Positions 25,981 to 38,623 of a DNA stretch of 64,000 bases are shown here, one piece after another. The DNA is from Azolla caroliniana. Taxonomy: Eukaryota; Plantae; Polypodiophyta. Numbering within the stretch: position 1 is the first letter of the stretch; the number at the start of each line of letters is the position of its first letter. The notes below the pieces were generated by a model, which saw nothing but the letters and a program-made list of their open reading frames with translations, ran no database searches and was not told where the DNA came from. Location of the stretch: positions 7,998,001 through 8,062,000 of the forward strand of contig JBHGNT010000015.1 in the NCBI GenBank assembly GCA_043228905.1, read 5' to 3'. The translations under genes and the position numbers were made by a program.

Positions 25981-28900
25981 GCTATCCAGCTAAGCCGATT
26001 GTCTAACGCTTCCGCACCTTCGTTTTTACATGGTATCAGAGCACGACAGTTGAGAACCTTTGCAATCGACATTAGCATCTGAAGACAAACCCTAAGACCC
26101 GGTAAGAACAAAAAGAGAAGTGATGGACAAAAGAGGAATGGCTAGCTCGCTCCCAGTGGAGAAGCTTGACATATCCAACTACTCATCTTGGTCATACAAG
26201 ATGGACCAGTACCTACTTGGGCATGGTTACTGGAGCTATGTCGACCATAGTTCTAGCCATACGTCCCATTCGTGTCATACTCAAACGCCAATATTTGTAT
26301 CATACTCATACGTGAAAAGGCTCCAAGTATGATTGAAATCTATACGCGGTACATAGATATATACATATGGTGTACATAGTGTGTGTGTGTGTGGTCTAGA
26401 GAGAGAAGCCCTGTTTTGCATGTGGGAGGAGATAGTGGTTGAGTGTATATCTAGACTCTAGAGAGAGGGAGAGAGAGGAGCTATGGGTTTTGTCTATGTG
26501 AGGGAGTGTGTAATATGTATATTAGATATCTAGATTTTGTAGAGAGAGAAGATCTGTCAATTCTCATGTGTGAGAGAGAGAGAGTGTGTGTGTGTCAGAC
26601 GTCACTTCTATTCACAAAGAATTATGAATATAAAAAATTAAAAAAGCCAACAAAAAAAAGAAAGCCAAACGAATATCGTGTATCATATGTGTACGTTTGC
26701 AAACGTTCGCGTACGTCCAATTTACTGGACGTACGCAAACATTAGGAACTATGATGTCGACGAAGCTAACGACACAACACCTGATGCGGCACACAAGGAC
26801 TTCCCAGTGTGGGAACAAGCAACAAGTAGAGTGATGTATTGCTTTGCGTCCAGTATCGGAGACCAACTGTTGAGCCATGTCCGAGATGCCAAGACGCCAA
26901 AAGAAGCTTCAGGAAACCTGAAGAAAGTTTTCACAGCAAGCACGACGGCCCGAAAGCTGCAACTCTGACAGTAGTTGAGCAATGTCCGACAGAAGGACAT
27001 GTCGGTAGCCGACTACACGGCCCGAATCAAAGAGATATGTGACTCACTTGCCTCTATCAACGTCACTGTAGAGGAAGATGAGATGGTGCAGATCTGACTT
27101 GGGGGCCTAGCGTCTAAGTTCAGAGCGTTTCGAACAGCGGTATATACAAGGGAGAATACGTTGTCATTTTTCGACTTACAGTCGATGCTCCTTGTAGAGG
27201 AGAACCACACGGGTGCATCAACAAGTGCACCCACCGACAGTCGGATGTTGTACACAGAGGCAGATCGGCCCCGTGGGCGTGGTGGACGAGGCAGGTCGGC
27301 TCGCAATGGTAGCGGCCGGCAAGAGCAAGACCAAAGCCACAGAGAACGTGCCGACAACAATTCCGAACCCTCCACAAGCAGGGGGAGTCAAGGCGTCGCC
27401 GGAGACCGGCAATCAAAGGCCAACACGGAATGCTGGTACTATGGTAAAAAGGGCCACAGAGAAAGCGAGTGCTAGAAGAAGTGCGCCGATTCGGACAGAT
27501 CCGGATCCGGCAAGGCCGACAGAGAGAACCGACAATACTTGCACTACATAGAAGGATCGGGAGGATCCAAAACCGGAAAAGCTGGTAAAGGGCCAGCCTT
27601 GGTGATGAAACATGAGGATAACTCGATGAAGAAGACCACTTCCAAATCCGAGGAAGTGTGGTACGTTGATTCCGATGCGTCACATCACATGACAAGCCAC
27701 AGAGAGTGGTTCTCCTTCTTGGAGAAACCCAAACAACCGGGAGTCGTCGAAACCGGAGACGACACTCCTCACCCAATCGTGCATGTCGGAGAAGTCCCTT
27801 TGAGCCACGTCAAACAAAGGGGGAAGCTGAAGAACGTATTACACGTTCCGACTATCTTGAAGAACCTGGTGTCAGTCGGTCAGATCATTGACCAGGGGAT
27901 GCAGGTGCGGTTTACGCACCTTGGGTGCTTCATCAAGGAAGAGGGTTGGATTATTGCGCAAGGGTGTAGAGATGGGAGGATGTTCATCGTCGACACAATG
28001 ACATAGGCACCGCCTTGTTTGCCAAAGGACAAAAGATTGAATCGGATATTGATCTCTGGCACAAGCGGATCGACCACGTCAATTACTGGAGGCTTCAAGA
28101 CCTGCAAATGAAACAAGTTGTTTTCGATTTGCCGAAGTTCAATGGCCGGAAGGCCCAAATATGTGAAGCTTGCCAACTCGGGAAGCAACACCAGCTTCCA
28201 TTCCCCACCGATCGAAGCCGGAGCCATAACAAGCTCGATTTAATTCATTCGGATGTATGGGGACCGACACAAAACGTTAGTCTTGGTGGGAGTCGATATT
28301 TCGTCTCCTTCATCGACGACTACAGCCGACACACGTGGATCTACCTCATTGAGTGGAAGAGCGAAGTCTTTGAGTGTTTCCGGAACCTTCTAAGCTTGGT
28401 TGAACGGGAAACAGAGAAAAAAATCAACTGCCTACGGTCGGATGGCGGAAAAGAATATTTTTCCGGCCAATTCAACAGTTATCTGCAGCAAAAAGGAATT
28501 CAGAGAGAGTTCAATTGCAGATACACACCAGAGCAAAATGGTGTGGCCGAAAGGAAGAACTGGTCGATTGTTGACGCGGCAAGGGCAATGTTGGAGGAGA
28601 AGAGCATGCCCCATTTCTACTGGGTTGAGGCGGTCCGGACGACCGTCTATATCCAAAACCGGATCGGTGATAAGGTGTCCGCGCATGAGCTGTATTTCGG
28701 GCGCAAGCCGAATTTGAGACACCTTCGGATATTCAGTAGCGTTGCATATGTGCATGTGCCGGATGAGAAGCGGAGGAAGTTGGATGCAAAGTGGGAGAAA
28801 TGCATCCTAGTCGGTTACTCGCATGAGCAAAAGGGGTATAAGTGTTATAAGGTAATGTACAATGCCAACGGTTCGGTTAACTTGTACAAGGCCCGGTTAG

Positions 28901-31056
28901 TGGCAAAGGCATACACACAGACCCACGGAATCAACTACGACGAGACCTTCGCTCCGGTAGCGAAGATGACGACGGTTCGTGTGGTGTTGGCGGTTGTTGC
29001 GGTAAGGGGGTGGCATCGTCACCAGATGGACGTGAAGAATGCATTTCTTCAAGGAGATCTTGAAGAAGAGGTCTTTATGACCCAACCCCCCGGTTTCTAG
29101 TCGGAGATGAACAAGTCGGCGGTATGCTAGCTGAAGAAGTCACTTTATGGCCTGAAGCAAGCCCCCCGAGCTTGGAATGCGATGATCACGCACCGGTTGC
29201 GTAAGATGGGGTTTGTGGCCTCCAAGTTCGACTCTTCGTTGTTCATCCGGCAAGGTCTGGACGGTCCGGTTTGCATCTTGCTATATGTTGATGATCTCGT
29301 CATCACCGTATCCGGACTCGATGAAATCAAACGAGTCAAGTCCCAGTTGTCGGGCGCATTTGAGATGAAGGACCTGGGGATCTTCACTATTTCCTTGGGA
29401 TCAAGGTGATCCGAACCCCCCACGGCATATTACTCTCACAAAGACACTATGTGTTGAATATGTTGTACAAGTTCGACATGAGGGAATGCTGACCAATCTC
29501 CACACCCCTGGACAGGAACCAGAAGCTCTGTCCCGACTCCGGACTGGCCTTCGATGAGAAGCGGTTCCGACAAATCATTGGAAGCCTTCTATATTTGACA
29601 ATCACCCGACCCGACATCAGTTATCCGATCGCCATGATTAGCCAATATATGTAGAAGCCGACCGTGGAGCACCTTTTGTGCGCGCATCGAATTTTGCGAT
29701 ATGTGAGCGGCACGAAGGACCGGGGACTGATATACCGACATGGTATAACCGAAGAGCTAGTCGGCTACACTGATGTCAACTGGGCCGACGATGCATCGGA
29801 TCGCTGATCCACCTTCGGCTATATTTTTTCCCTTGGTAGCGTGGTTGTTGCGTGGAGCAGCAAAAAGCAGCCAACAGTGGCCCTTTCGAGCATTGAGGCT
29901 GAATACCGGGGCGTTACCATTGCCACCTGTGAAACCATTTGGCTTCGGCGACTGCTGCAAGACCTGCGGATTGAGGTGCTGACCCCGATCCTGATCTACT
30001 ACGACAACATAAGCAGCATGCAGCTCGCCAAGAACCCCGTATTCCATGCTCGCACAAAGCACATAGAAGTGCACTACCACTTTGTGCGTGAGCGTGTCCT
30101 GAGCAATGAAGTCGAACTTCGGTATGTTCATACGGATCGGCAAGTTGCCGACATCTTCACCAAACCGCTCGGATCGGACAAGTTGCAACACTTCACCAAA
30201 ATGCTTGGTGTTCAGCATCTCGACGTGCCACACTTGAGGGGGAGAATGAGCAAAGACACCGAAACAGGCAAAGGCAAAGAAACTGCTGATTGCGTCGGTG
30301 AGGGAAGAACCGACAAAGGGAGAGACAAGAAGAAGAAAGGAGCTGAGTCGACAAAGGAAGTTGACACATCCGAACAAGTCAGAACTAGCGGCAGCGGTGG
30401 TAGAGTCAAGAAGGACAAAGCCGACCGTAAGAAGACGGCCAAGACCCGGACATGGTCCGATGTGGTGAAGGGCCTAGAACCGGAAGACGAATCGGGAGCG
30501 ACCGATTCGGACAAGAGCTGGAACGAATCGGAGACTGCCGATTCGGTTCAACAGACGGATTCGGAAGAACCGGATCAATTCAAGGCCAAGAGGACGAGAA
30601 AACAACGAAAGTCGATGCCAACACGAAGGAATCGGCGAATCGGCAAGCGCCGAAGTCACAGTAGTGAGGGAGTTGAATTGGGCTTGTTGAGCAGACAAGC
30701 CGACTGAGGACGTCGAGGTGCGCAGAATCAGAAGGGTCTCGGCAAACGGGACCAAACCGGACGAGGAGCGCGATCGAGGCGGAGTGACGCAAGAAGGAGC
30801 CAGGTGGAAGGACCAGCTGCCATGGAGACTGGCACTACGATCCGACCTCAAGTTGAGCTTGAGGGGGTGTGTTGAGCGGCAAGCTCAATCAGATCCGGAT
30901 CAGCTGAATAAGCCTAAGCCGGATCGGCATCCGGAAGGATGAGCCGGATCGGTGAGACGGTGAGCAAGTGAGCCGGTGAGCTAGGGAGTCGGTTAGCCGG
31001 ATCAAGCAGTAACTGGAAGCCTAGTAGCAACCTAGAATACTAGGTAGTTAATGTCT
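25588..31056 (+). mobile_element. Near-full-length Ty1/copia element: LTR 25588-26030, PBS iMet 26031-26042, gag-PR-INT-RT-RH with stops, PPT 30859-30869, truncated 3' LTR 30870-~31056
   Basis: Both LTRs start TGTTGAGCGGCAAGCTCAA; [62 protein letters not shown] in copia domain order. Confidence 0.95.
26246..26753. mobile_element. Non-autonomous hAT-type DNA transposon (MITE) inserted in copia gag
   Basis: 8-bp TSD ATGTCGAC (26238-26245 and 26754-26761); termini CATAGTTC.../...GAACTATG; gag reading resumes after the insertion. Confidence 0.88.
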
Positions 31057-31062
31057 CATACT

Positions 31063-31329
31063 ATTTGGTCTATGCATTGATGAATTGGAAGAAATGGTTA
31101 CCAAGTTTGCAAAGTAAGAATGTGTTGAAGAAGTTGTCATTAGGAATGTTGTGATTATGCTTTTGCTATATGCAGATTATGTAGTGCTTTTTGCAAATAC
31201 TTTAGGAGATGCACAAAAGCTTATGAAGGCATTGAAAAAAAAAATTCATGCATACTAAATCAAGCATCAATAGCTCTAAAACAAAGATTATACTTGTGAA
31301 GCGCCAAACAAGAGATAAGCCATGCATTA
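31063..31329 (+). mobile_element. LINE reverse transcriptase fragment (RTE/RTEX-like)
   Basis: ..IMLLLYADYVVLFANTLGDAQKLMKAL..SINSSKTKII.. (YADD region and N..KTK motif). Confidence 0.75.
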
Positions 31330-32610
31330 TGTCGTGAAGATTTTCGGCAACGGTGTGAAAATTGCATGGAGCGTACAAAATCGAGTGTGGTTCTTCACAC
31401 ACAATATGAAACGATAATAATGTAAATAAGTTTAATATCTGGGTACAAAAAGATGGAGATCTTGAAGAGCTTTTCAATGCGCTTTGCTACATAACAAACG
31501 GACATCTAAGCGTCAAGTTATGTGGGTATGAAGTTTGCAAAAGAAAAAGAGAAAAATAAAACTGTGAAATATACCACATAGATAGGAAAAGTTTAGGCTC
31601 CAGCTATATAAGCAGATTGAGATCCATTATATTTCATCTATGTGTTAAGAGCAGATAAAAAAATAGTTGGACTTGAGCCACTTTTTGTCTAGATGGACAT
31701 ATGTGGTTAAGTCGCCGGATCTGGCTAAGTGCCCGAACTGGTCGGTGAAGAAACTCAAACCGGTCGATGACAGAACTGAAAACCGGATGAATCCGGCTAC
31801 CGGCGACCGGACGATGACGGTGTTGTAGTGTATTTCGTACACTACATGAAGAACTTATAAAGTAATGTTTTAGTAAATATGAAGAAATAGAAGAAAATGT
31901 CCAAATAAATAATACATGCATAGGGCAAGATTCGAACCTTACACCTCCACGTCAATAATGTGAAACCTTACCATTACACTAGCATTTCATTAGTGTTAAA
32001 AAAGTACATGTCCTACATAGAAACGTAAGTTCACCTAGGATAAACTTTAGTTAAAAGAAAAACACATGCTAAAAGAAAAAGCTACGCATGCACATCTAGT
32101 GTGCATGAATGCTATAGTTGATATAAAAAACGCACAAGTTAGAAAAAACATTATCACTTTAGATAAAACATATAGTCTATCTATAGGAAAAGCATGGAGT
32201 CTATAGTTAGAGAAAAAAAAGCATGGATTACGAAGACTCCCTCGTCACTACATAAGGATGGGGAGCACAATGTAAAAGGTGTGTAAAAAATATTTGGAAA
32301 CTGGATATGTTTCTAAAGAACACCAATTAATAAACTTTACTCGTGGGATTCACGAGGATTCTATATCATTCTCTTTCAACCCAAATTTATATTCTTATAT
32401 TCATGTTGATTAATCTAATACAATACACTCGTGGGATTCACGAGTTTGCTATAACTCTTTCTTACAACATATTTATATTCTTATTAGCCTTAAAACTCTC
32501 CTCTTCCTAGTCCAAAACCCCAACGGTTCCCACCCGACTCACGCAAACGATATGGCGCTGAAAGGCACGACACAAGTGGTGAACCCGACGTAAAGGCGGG
32601 TGGCAAGGAG

Positions 32611-33858
32611 ATGGAGAATCAACAAGAGGCGATGAACATGATGATAATGATGATTGAGCGGATGCAACAAGAACAACGCGCGATGTCAGAGATGAAGGCG
32701 GCAGTAGAGCGGCTTGTGCAACGAAATGGGGAATTCAATGGAAATGATGTGTCACATTACCTATGTGACTACAAGGCAGAGATGATGCGATGTGGGATAC
32801 CGAAAGGATTGCAAGTGATATCCTTCAGTCACGTGGCCACGGATGAGCTACAAGAAAGAATCTACAAGATACGACAAGAAAACCCAACATGGGGGTCCTT
32901 TGAAGAAGCTTTACGAGAGGCATATGACTATGAGAGATCAAAGGGACGAGATCGACGCGAGTTCGACGAATGGGTTTTATCAGAGAAGACCCACCGAAGT
33001 GCAACACAAGCATTCCTAGAGTTCGAGCATCGTTTTGCTCGACTCTCGAAGTGGGAACAAAGATTGTTGGGGGAGGATAAAGTCCTAATGTTCGTGAAGT
33101 CGATTGATCGAAAAGAAAGGATGGATATTAGGATCGAACTTGAAGACGATGATGGTGCGAATGGTCTTACCAAAGATTGGGCCAAAGTCCAAAGGGTATG
33201 TTGGAGACATGATGAGAGGAAGATGAGAATCTTGTCAACGACATGGCCAATGAAGGATGGTCGATTGAAGACAAACGATGGAGCCGATATGAAGGCCGAA
33301 ATACAACATGATGGTGCGACGGAAGAGGGTGTAAAACAATCTACCATCTTGTCTTGCGAAAGAACGACGACGAAGGATAAGGTCGATAACCCAAGTGTAG
33401 AAGAAGATTTCGGAATACAAGTGTTTGAAACATCAAGTGAAAAAGGGGTAAGCATAATTGATGTTTGCATAATTGATGCAGTGAAAGAGAACAAGGAGGA
33501 CTTGATTGAGGAGGTCGCCACGAAAGATGACATCGAATCGAAGGTGGCTATGAACAAATCAATGACGGATGGCCATATCGAGACTTCCCCACCACTAATT
33601 CCAGAGACTCCGGCGGTTGCGTTCGAAAGGCAATGTGAGACCAAAGAGACGGAAGGTGGCGGAGAGAAAACAAAGGTCGAAGCCAATGCGTACGACAGAG
33701 AGATAGCTGAGAAGATGGCTATGGGTGAAACAACGGAGGATGATAATACCGAGGATTCCTACCCACTAATTCTAGAGACTTCGGCAGTTGTGTCCAAGAA
33801 CCAACGTGAGACCGGAGAGAAGGGAGATGGCGGCGAGGAAGGTAAAGTTGGAAGCTAG
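32611..33858 (+). CDS. Gag-like ORF of element A with acidic low-complexity C-terminal half
   Basis: 415-aa ORF just after the PBS; FNGNDVSHYL..YKAEM and KVLMFVKSID motifs are paralleled in element B gag. Confidence 0.75.
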   Translation: MENQQEAMNMMIMMIERMQQEQRAMSEMKAAVERLVQRNGEFNGNDVSHYLCDYKAEMMRCGIPKGLQVISFSHVATDELQERIYKIRQENPTWGSFEEALREAYDYERSKGRDRREFDEWVLSEKTHRSATQAFLEFEHRFARLSKWEQRLLGEDKVLMFVKSIDRKERMDIRIELEDDDGANGLTKDWAKVQRVCWRHDERKMRILSTTWPMKDGRLKTNDGADMKAEIQHDGATEEGVKQSTILSCERTTTKDKVDNPSVEEDFGIQVFETSSEKGVSIIDVCIIDAVKENKEDLIEEVATKDDIESKVAMNKSMTDGHIETSPPLIPETPAVAFERQCETKETEGGGEKTKVEANAYDREIAEKMAMGETTEDDNTEDSYPLILETSAVVSKNQRETGEKGDGGEEGKVGS

Positions 33859-33937
33859 TTCGGATGGAAGATGATCCGTCCGAAATTCCAATGTAAACAA
33901 AAGCACGACAACGCGAAGGTCGGGTCTACGACGGGAG

Positions 33938-34105
33938 AAGCACGTAATACGGAGCACGTGGTACGGCGCAAAAAGAAGCACACATTATGGTACAAAAAGA
34001 AGCATGCACTACGGGGTAATACGAAGCATGCACTACGATGGAATACGAAGCATGCGCTACGGCGTAATACGAAGCATGCGCAACAGCGAGAAATAAAGCA
34101 TGCAT
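33938..34105 (+). repeat. ~24-bp tandem repeat (AAGCATGCACTACGG..TAATACG-like) in element A
   Basis: KHALRxNT repeats visible in ORF 33871-34203. Confidence 0.8.
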
Positions 34106-37100
34106 TAAAGCCGCACAAGGACCTAACCACGAGCGCGTATTCGGAGGTCAACATCGACGCGTTGTCGTGGAGAAAACCGTCCCTAGGCGGAAACCAGGTA
34201 TAATGTGTGTAAACTGGCCCTTACACGTGGGCACAAGTTTTGTTGTACAGTACGCAGATAAGTACAAGTCGGCTAAGGTGAAATCCTAAGTACCACGCAT
34301 TCAGTAGGGAGACAATCGAGGCATATTCCTGTTCGAAAGGACAGGTAATAAACATGATGTAACGGGTGGTAACGACCTCCCTCCTTGGGCTCTAAAAGAG
34401 AGGGAGAGGTATTCACCAAAGGGATCACATTTTTTTGGGAGGACGAAGTGTTGTCGGACTAGAACCGAGCGCTTCTCCTCTCCCCTGTCGTCTCCATAAT
34501 CGTTTTGTGCAGGTTTCGGGAGGTTGACTCTGCTCCGCGGGATGCCCGAGTGCTCCCAGCAGAGCCTTCATCTCACGTTCTGTGTGTGTGTGTGTGTGTG
34601 CAGGCGTCGGAGCCCATCACTCGTCGGCTTGCCGGTTGTAACACCTTGATTTATATGTACATAAACATTCGTTCTGCCTCCATCTCGCATTCTGTAGCTA
34701 GTTGCAATTCCTGTGATTCTGTGGGTCTGTGCGCGGGTCTGTGAATTACATCGTTAGTCTCCTTCCCCTCCCCTCATTCGGTTATTTCTCATTCCGAGGC
34801 CCTGGTGGTCCCGCCTCGTTCTCCACGCACACGCGTAACAACGCGACATATTTGGTGAACCCGGCATGAATAGGCAGCAGAGGAATAGAAAGATGAGAGG
34901 GTCGGATCTTGCAAAAGCCATGGCTTCGGCTATGGATCGGATAGTGAGTGCGCGCAAAGGCACAAGCGCCCTCGATAGGGCTATTGAAGCGGTCGCTGGC
35001 ACGATAGGCCGGTTCGGTGGGAAGGACGCCACGAGCTATTTGGAGGCCTACTGAGCCGAAATAGTGATGAGGGACATCCCGGAGGACAGGTGACTGGTCG
35101 GATTCCCTTGAGTGGTGATGTCGGGCATCCACGCGGAGGTGCTTGAGGTACGGGCTGAGAGTCGGACCTGGGAAGAGTTTTAAGGTCGGCTCCTTGAAAA
35201 ATACGGCCTTGATGACGCGCTTCGGCTGTCGAAGCGAGACTTCATGGAATGGGTGGAGACCCCCGAAAAGGGGAGAAACGCGTCGGTGCTCCTTCGGGAG
35301 TTTAAAGAACGCTTCGCACGACTTTCGGCGCTGGACCGGACCGTGCTGGACACGAGTCGTGTCCTATTGTTCGTTAAATCGGTGGACGCAAGGGACCGGG
35401 AGCAAGTGGGCTTCCTGCTGGAGACCGATGAAGGCCTAACAACCGATTGGGCCGTGGTAAAGAGAGTCTATGGCCGTTTTGACAAACGGTGTGAGTGGGT
35501 CAATAAAGGCTTGACGAGGGCGGGTTTTGTTGTGACAAGGAAGGTCGAGGTACCCCCATCGACGCGAAGGGAAGAGACCCGAGACCAGCATGGTCAAAGG
35601 CTCGTCCGGAGGAGCGGCTCTAGAGGAGCTGACTCAGATGGTGAGGGACCTCCAGATCGCGCAAGCACGGAGGGATGGCGGCGAACAAGTCCGTGATCGA
35701 AGGCCTCCCGCTGGGAGCCAGTGCTTGTGGTGCGACGCGGTCCGCCACGCCCGAAAGGACTGCGGGGTCGGGTGCACGCTAGCGAGACCCGGAGGGCCCT
35801 GGATGTGAATGTTGGACGAGGGGGTATGAAACGACTAATGGAAGAAGCGGCGGCTCGTCACACGGAGATCGTCCACTACTCGGCGTCGGCTAGAATCCGG
35901 GTCGAAAGCGATGAAGACCGGAAGATGAAGGAAGCCGGATTCTGGCCGGTGATGCTGGAAGGCCTCGCCAACGTAATGTTGAAGAAAGGGCGTAAATTCG
36001 AGCGGAGAGACAAGCACACGGAGTCGGTCTGGAGACTGAAGGAGGCGCTCGCCGCGGCACCGGCTCTCCGGAAAGTAGTTTACAGTAAGGAAGTCCCCAT
36101 TTACGTGACAAGGATATGCCCAAATCAAGTGCGAGCTATGGGGTATCGTTTCGGCAGTTAAGGCCAACAAGGACTATCTGATCGGGACGGAAGTGATCAT
36201 CGAGATGGACTGCCTACCGATTCTGGGTATGGTTTCCGGATGTGCGACTCTGGACCTGGAGATGCTTAGGTGGATCGCGTACATCAAGTCCCTAAACCCG
36301 AAGATACAACACATCTCTGGAAAGGATAACGCCATGGCCGATATGCTTTCAAGGGCGAGGTTCAGCGAGAGGACAACATGGTTTCGGATAACGAAGAAGT
36401 CGGCGAGGACTTCTTCGGGTCAGCTAACGTAACAACAAGAAAGGGGAGCACTCCGGCGCTTAACGAATTCGACGAGAGCAAGTACGACGGGGAGTGGCTC
36501 CAGATCAACGGGTTCTTGAAGACAATGACACTGGACGCGGCATGGACGAAGGAAGAGGCCAACCGGATTCGGACGAAAGCGTACCGATTCTTCCTACGGG
36601 ACGGGAGCATATGGAAGCATCCGAAGAAGAGAAACGACATCCCGCTCCGAGTGGTGGCGAAGAAAGAGGAACAAGAAGAATTGCTGACGATGTACCACGA
36701 GAGTCCCTGGGCCGGACACTGCGGGACATGGGCCACATTCGAGAAGCTAAAGGGGAAGTACTGGTGGTCGGGACTATACCGGGACATGCATCGGTTCGTG
36801 ACGACTTGCGAAAGCTGTCAGGTGCACTCCATAGTCCGACATTGGGACGAGCTTCACCCGACCTACCCTCCGACCGTCCACTTCAAGTGGATAGTGGATC
36901 TGGTGATGATGCCGATGGGGGTAGGGCAGATGCGGTATCTGGTGTTGGCTCAGGAGGACCTCACGAACCAGGTGGAGGGCTGAGCGTTGCAGAGCAAAAT
37001 GACCGCGTCCGTGTGCCGATTTCTTATCAAAGAAGTGGTATGCCGATATGGGTGCGTAGGTAAGATCATGGCCGACCGTGGGGAATTGGACGCGCAAGAG

Positions 37101-38577
37101 GCGGAAGAGCTGTTTGACCAGCTAGGAATTAAACTCTCGCTCACCACGGCGTACAATCCGGATGCTAACGGGAAGGTGGAGCGCGGACACGGGCCGATCG
37201 TCAAAGCGTTAGTACGGGCGTCTGGAGGCCAAGTAGGGAACTAGCCGCGGCTCTTACCCTACGCGTTGTGGGCTGACAGAACTACGCACAGTTCGGTAAC
37301 CAGGTTCATGCCGGTAGAGCTAATGTACGGGCAGAAGCTGATCATGCCAACGGAGCAAACAATCTCCTCATGGGCCACGATGGACTGGAACAACGAGATG
37401 AGTCGGGAAGAGTTGTTAGCGGCACGGATTCGACAGCTGGAACAAAGATTGGAGGACATGGACTGAGCCGCGAAGAAGCTACGGGTGGCGAGGGTAAAGA
37501 ACAAAGGACGGTTCGACCGGACTCACCGACTGAGACCAAAGAAGATCGAGGAAGGCGATTGGGTTCTACTGTATGACAACAGCCTCGACAACCAACATCG
37601 GGCAACGCGGAAGTTTTCAAGTAGGTGGTTCGGGCCTTATGCGGTGACGAGCACCAACGACAATGGGACCTACCATCTCGCAGAGCTCAACGGGACAAGG
37701 ATGGCAGTACCGGTGGCGGGGAAAAGGATCAAAGCCTTCAAAAAGTGGCATGAGGCTGAACTGGACCCGAACGACCTGGATAGCGACAACGACCGGCTCG
37801 GAACGGATCGGAAGATGAAGGAAGCGTGGGCCGGTCTTCTCTAGCAAAGAGTCTAATTTTGGCGCATACCGGTGGATGCGCGGTTAGGTGGGGGCGGATG
37901 TTGTGGAGAAAACCGTCCCTAGGCGGAAACCGGGTATAACGTGCGTAAATTAGCCCTTACACGTGGGCACAAGTTTTGTTGTACAGTACTTAGATAGGTA
38001 CAAGTCGGCTGAGGTGAAATCCTAAGTACCACGCATTCAGTAGGGAGAAAATCGAGGCGTATCCCTGTCCAAAAGGACAGGTAATAAACATGATGTAACG
38101 GGTGGTAACGGCCTCCCTCCTTGGGCTATAAAAGAGAGGGAGAGGTATTCACCAAAGGGATCGCGGTTTTTTGGGAGGACGTGTTGACCGGTCAAAAGAG
38201 CAAGGACAAGTGGGAAGGTGGAGTCGGATCGGATAATAGGAAGTAAATAATAGTATAATTATTATTCGGAGGGACGGATCCGGTACAGTTGTACCGATCC
38301 GGATCCGGACCGATTCGGATGCCGGTTGCCTAAGCGCACCGATTGTAACCTTGCCGGATGCCTATAAAAGGATCCGATGATTTGTAAAGGCTGGACGGAA
38401 GTAATACAAAAGTAATTATTGCGTGTTTATCTGTATCTTTGTATTGTTTTACCGTCTGTGCTTAATTGTAATCATCTTACGCGTGTAACCTAGCATCCAA
38501 TCCTTACCACCCCTTTGGAGAAGTGTCGGATAGACACCTGTGTTGAGGCTAGTCCGGCCAGGCAGACAACACTATTT

Positions 38578-38590
38578 TGGCGACCACGAT
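38578..38590 (+). promoter_or_regulatory. Primer binding site of element C (tRNA-Arg, probably UCG)
   Basis: TGGCGACCACGAT, 6 nt after the LTR-terminal CA. Confidence 0.85.
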
Positions 38591-38623
38591 TCCTGCAAAG
38601 TGCAGAGGACAACCGGGGGATGG

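Noticed and set aside
31918-31984. Functional tRNA gene
   Set aside because: No intact acceptor stem or canonical anticodon loop; kept only as a tRNA-like promoter remnant.
33938-34105. CRISPR-like array
   Set aside because: Head-to-tail degenerate minisatellite with no unique spacers, in eukaryotic transposon context.
38540-38623. N-terminus MLRLVRPGRQHYFGDHD shared by two ORFs (38540 and 46711) as a duplicated protein leader
   Set aside because: It is the translation of LTR U5 + PBS from a GTG start; the duplication is the captured U5-PBS DNA, not a coding motif.
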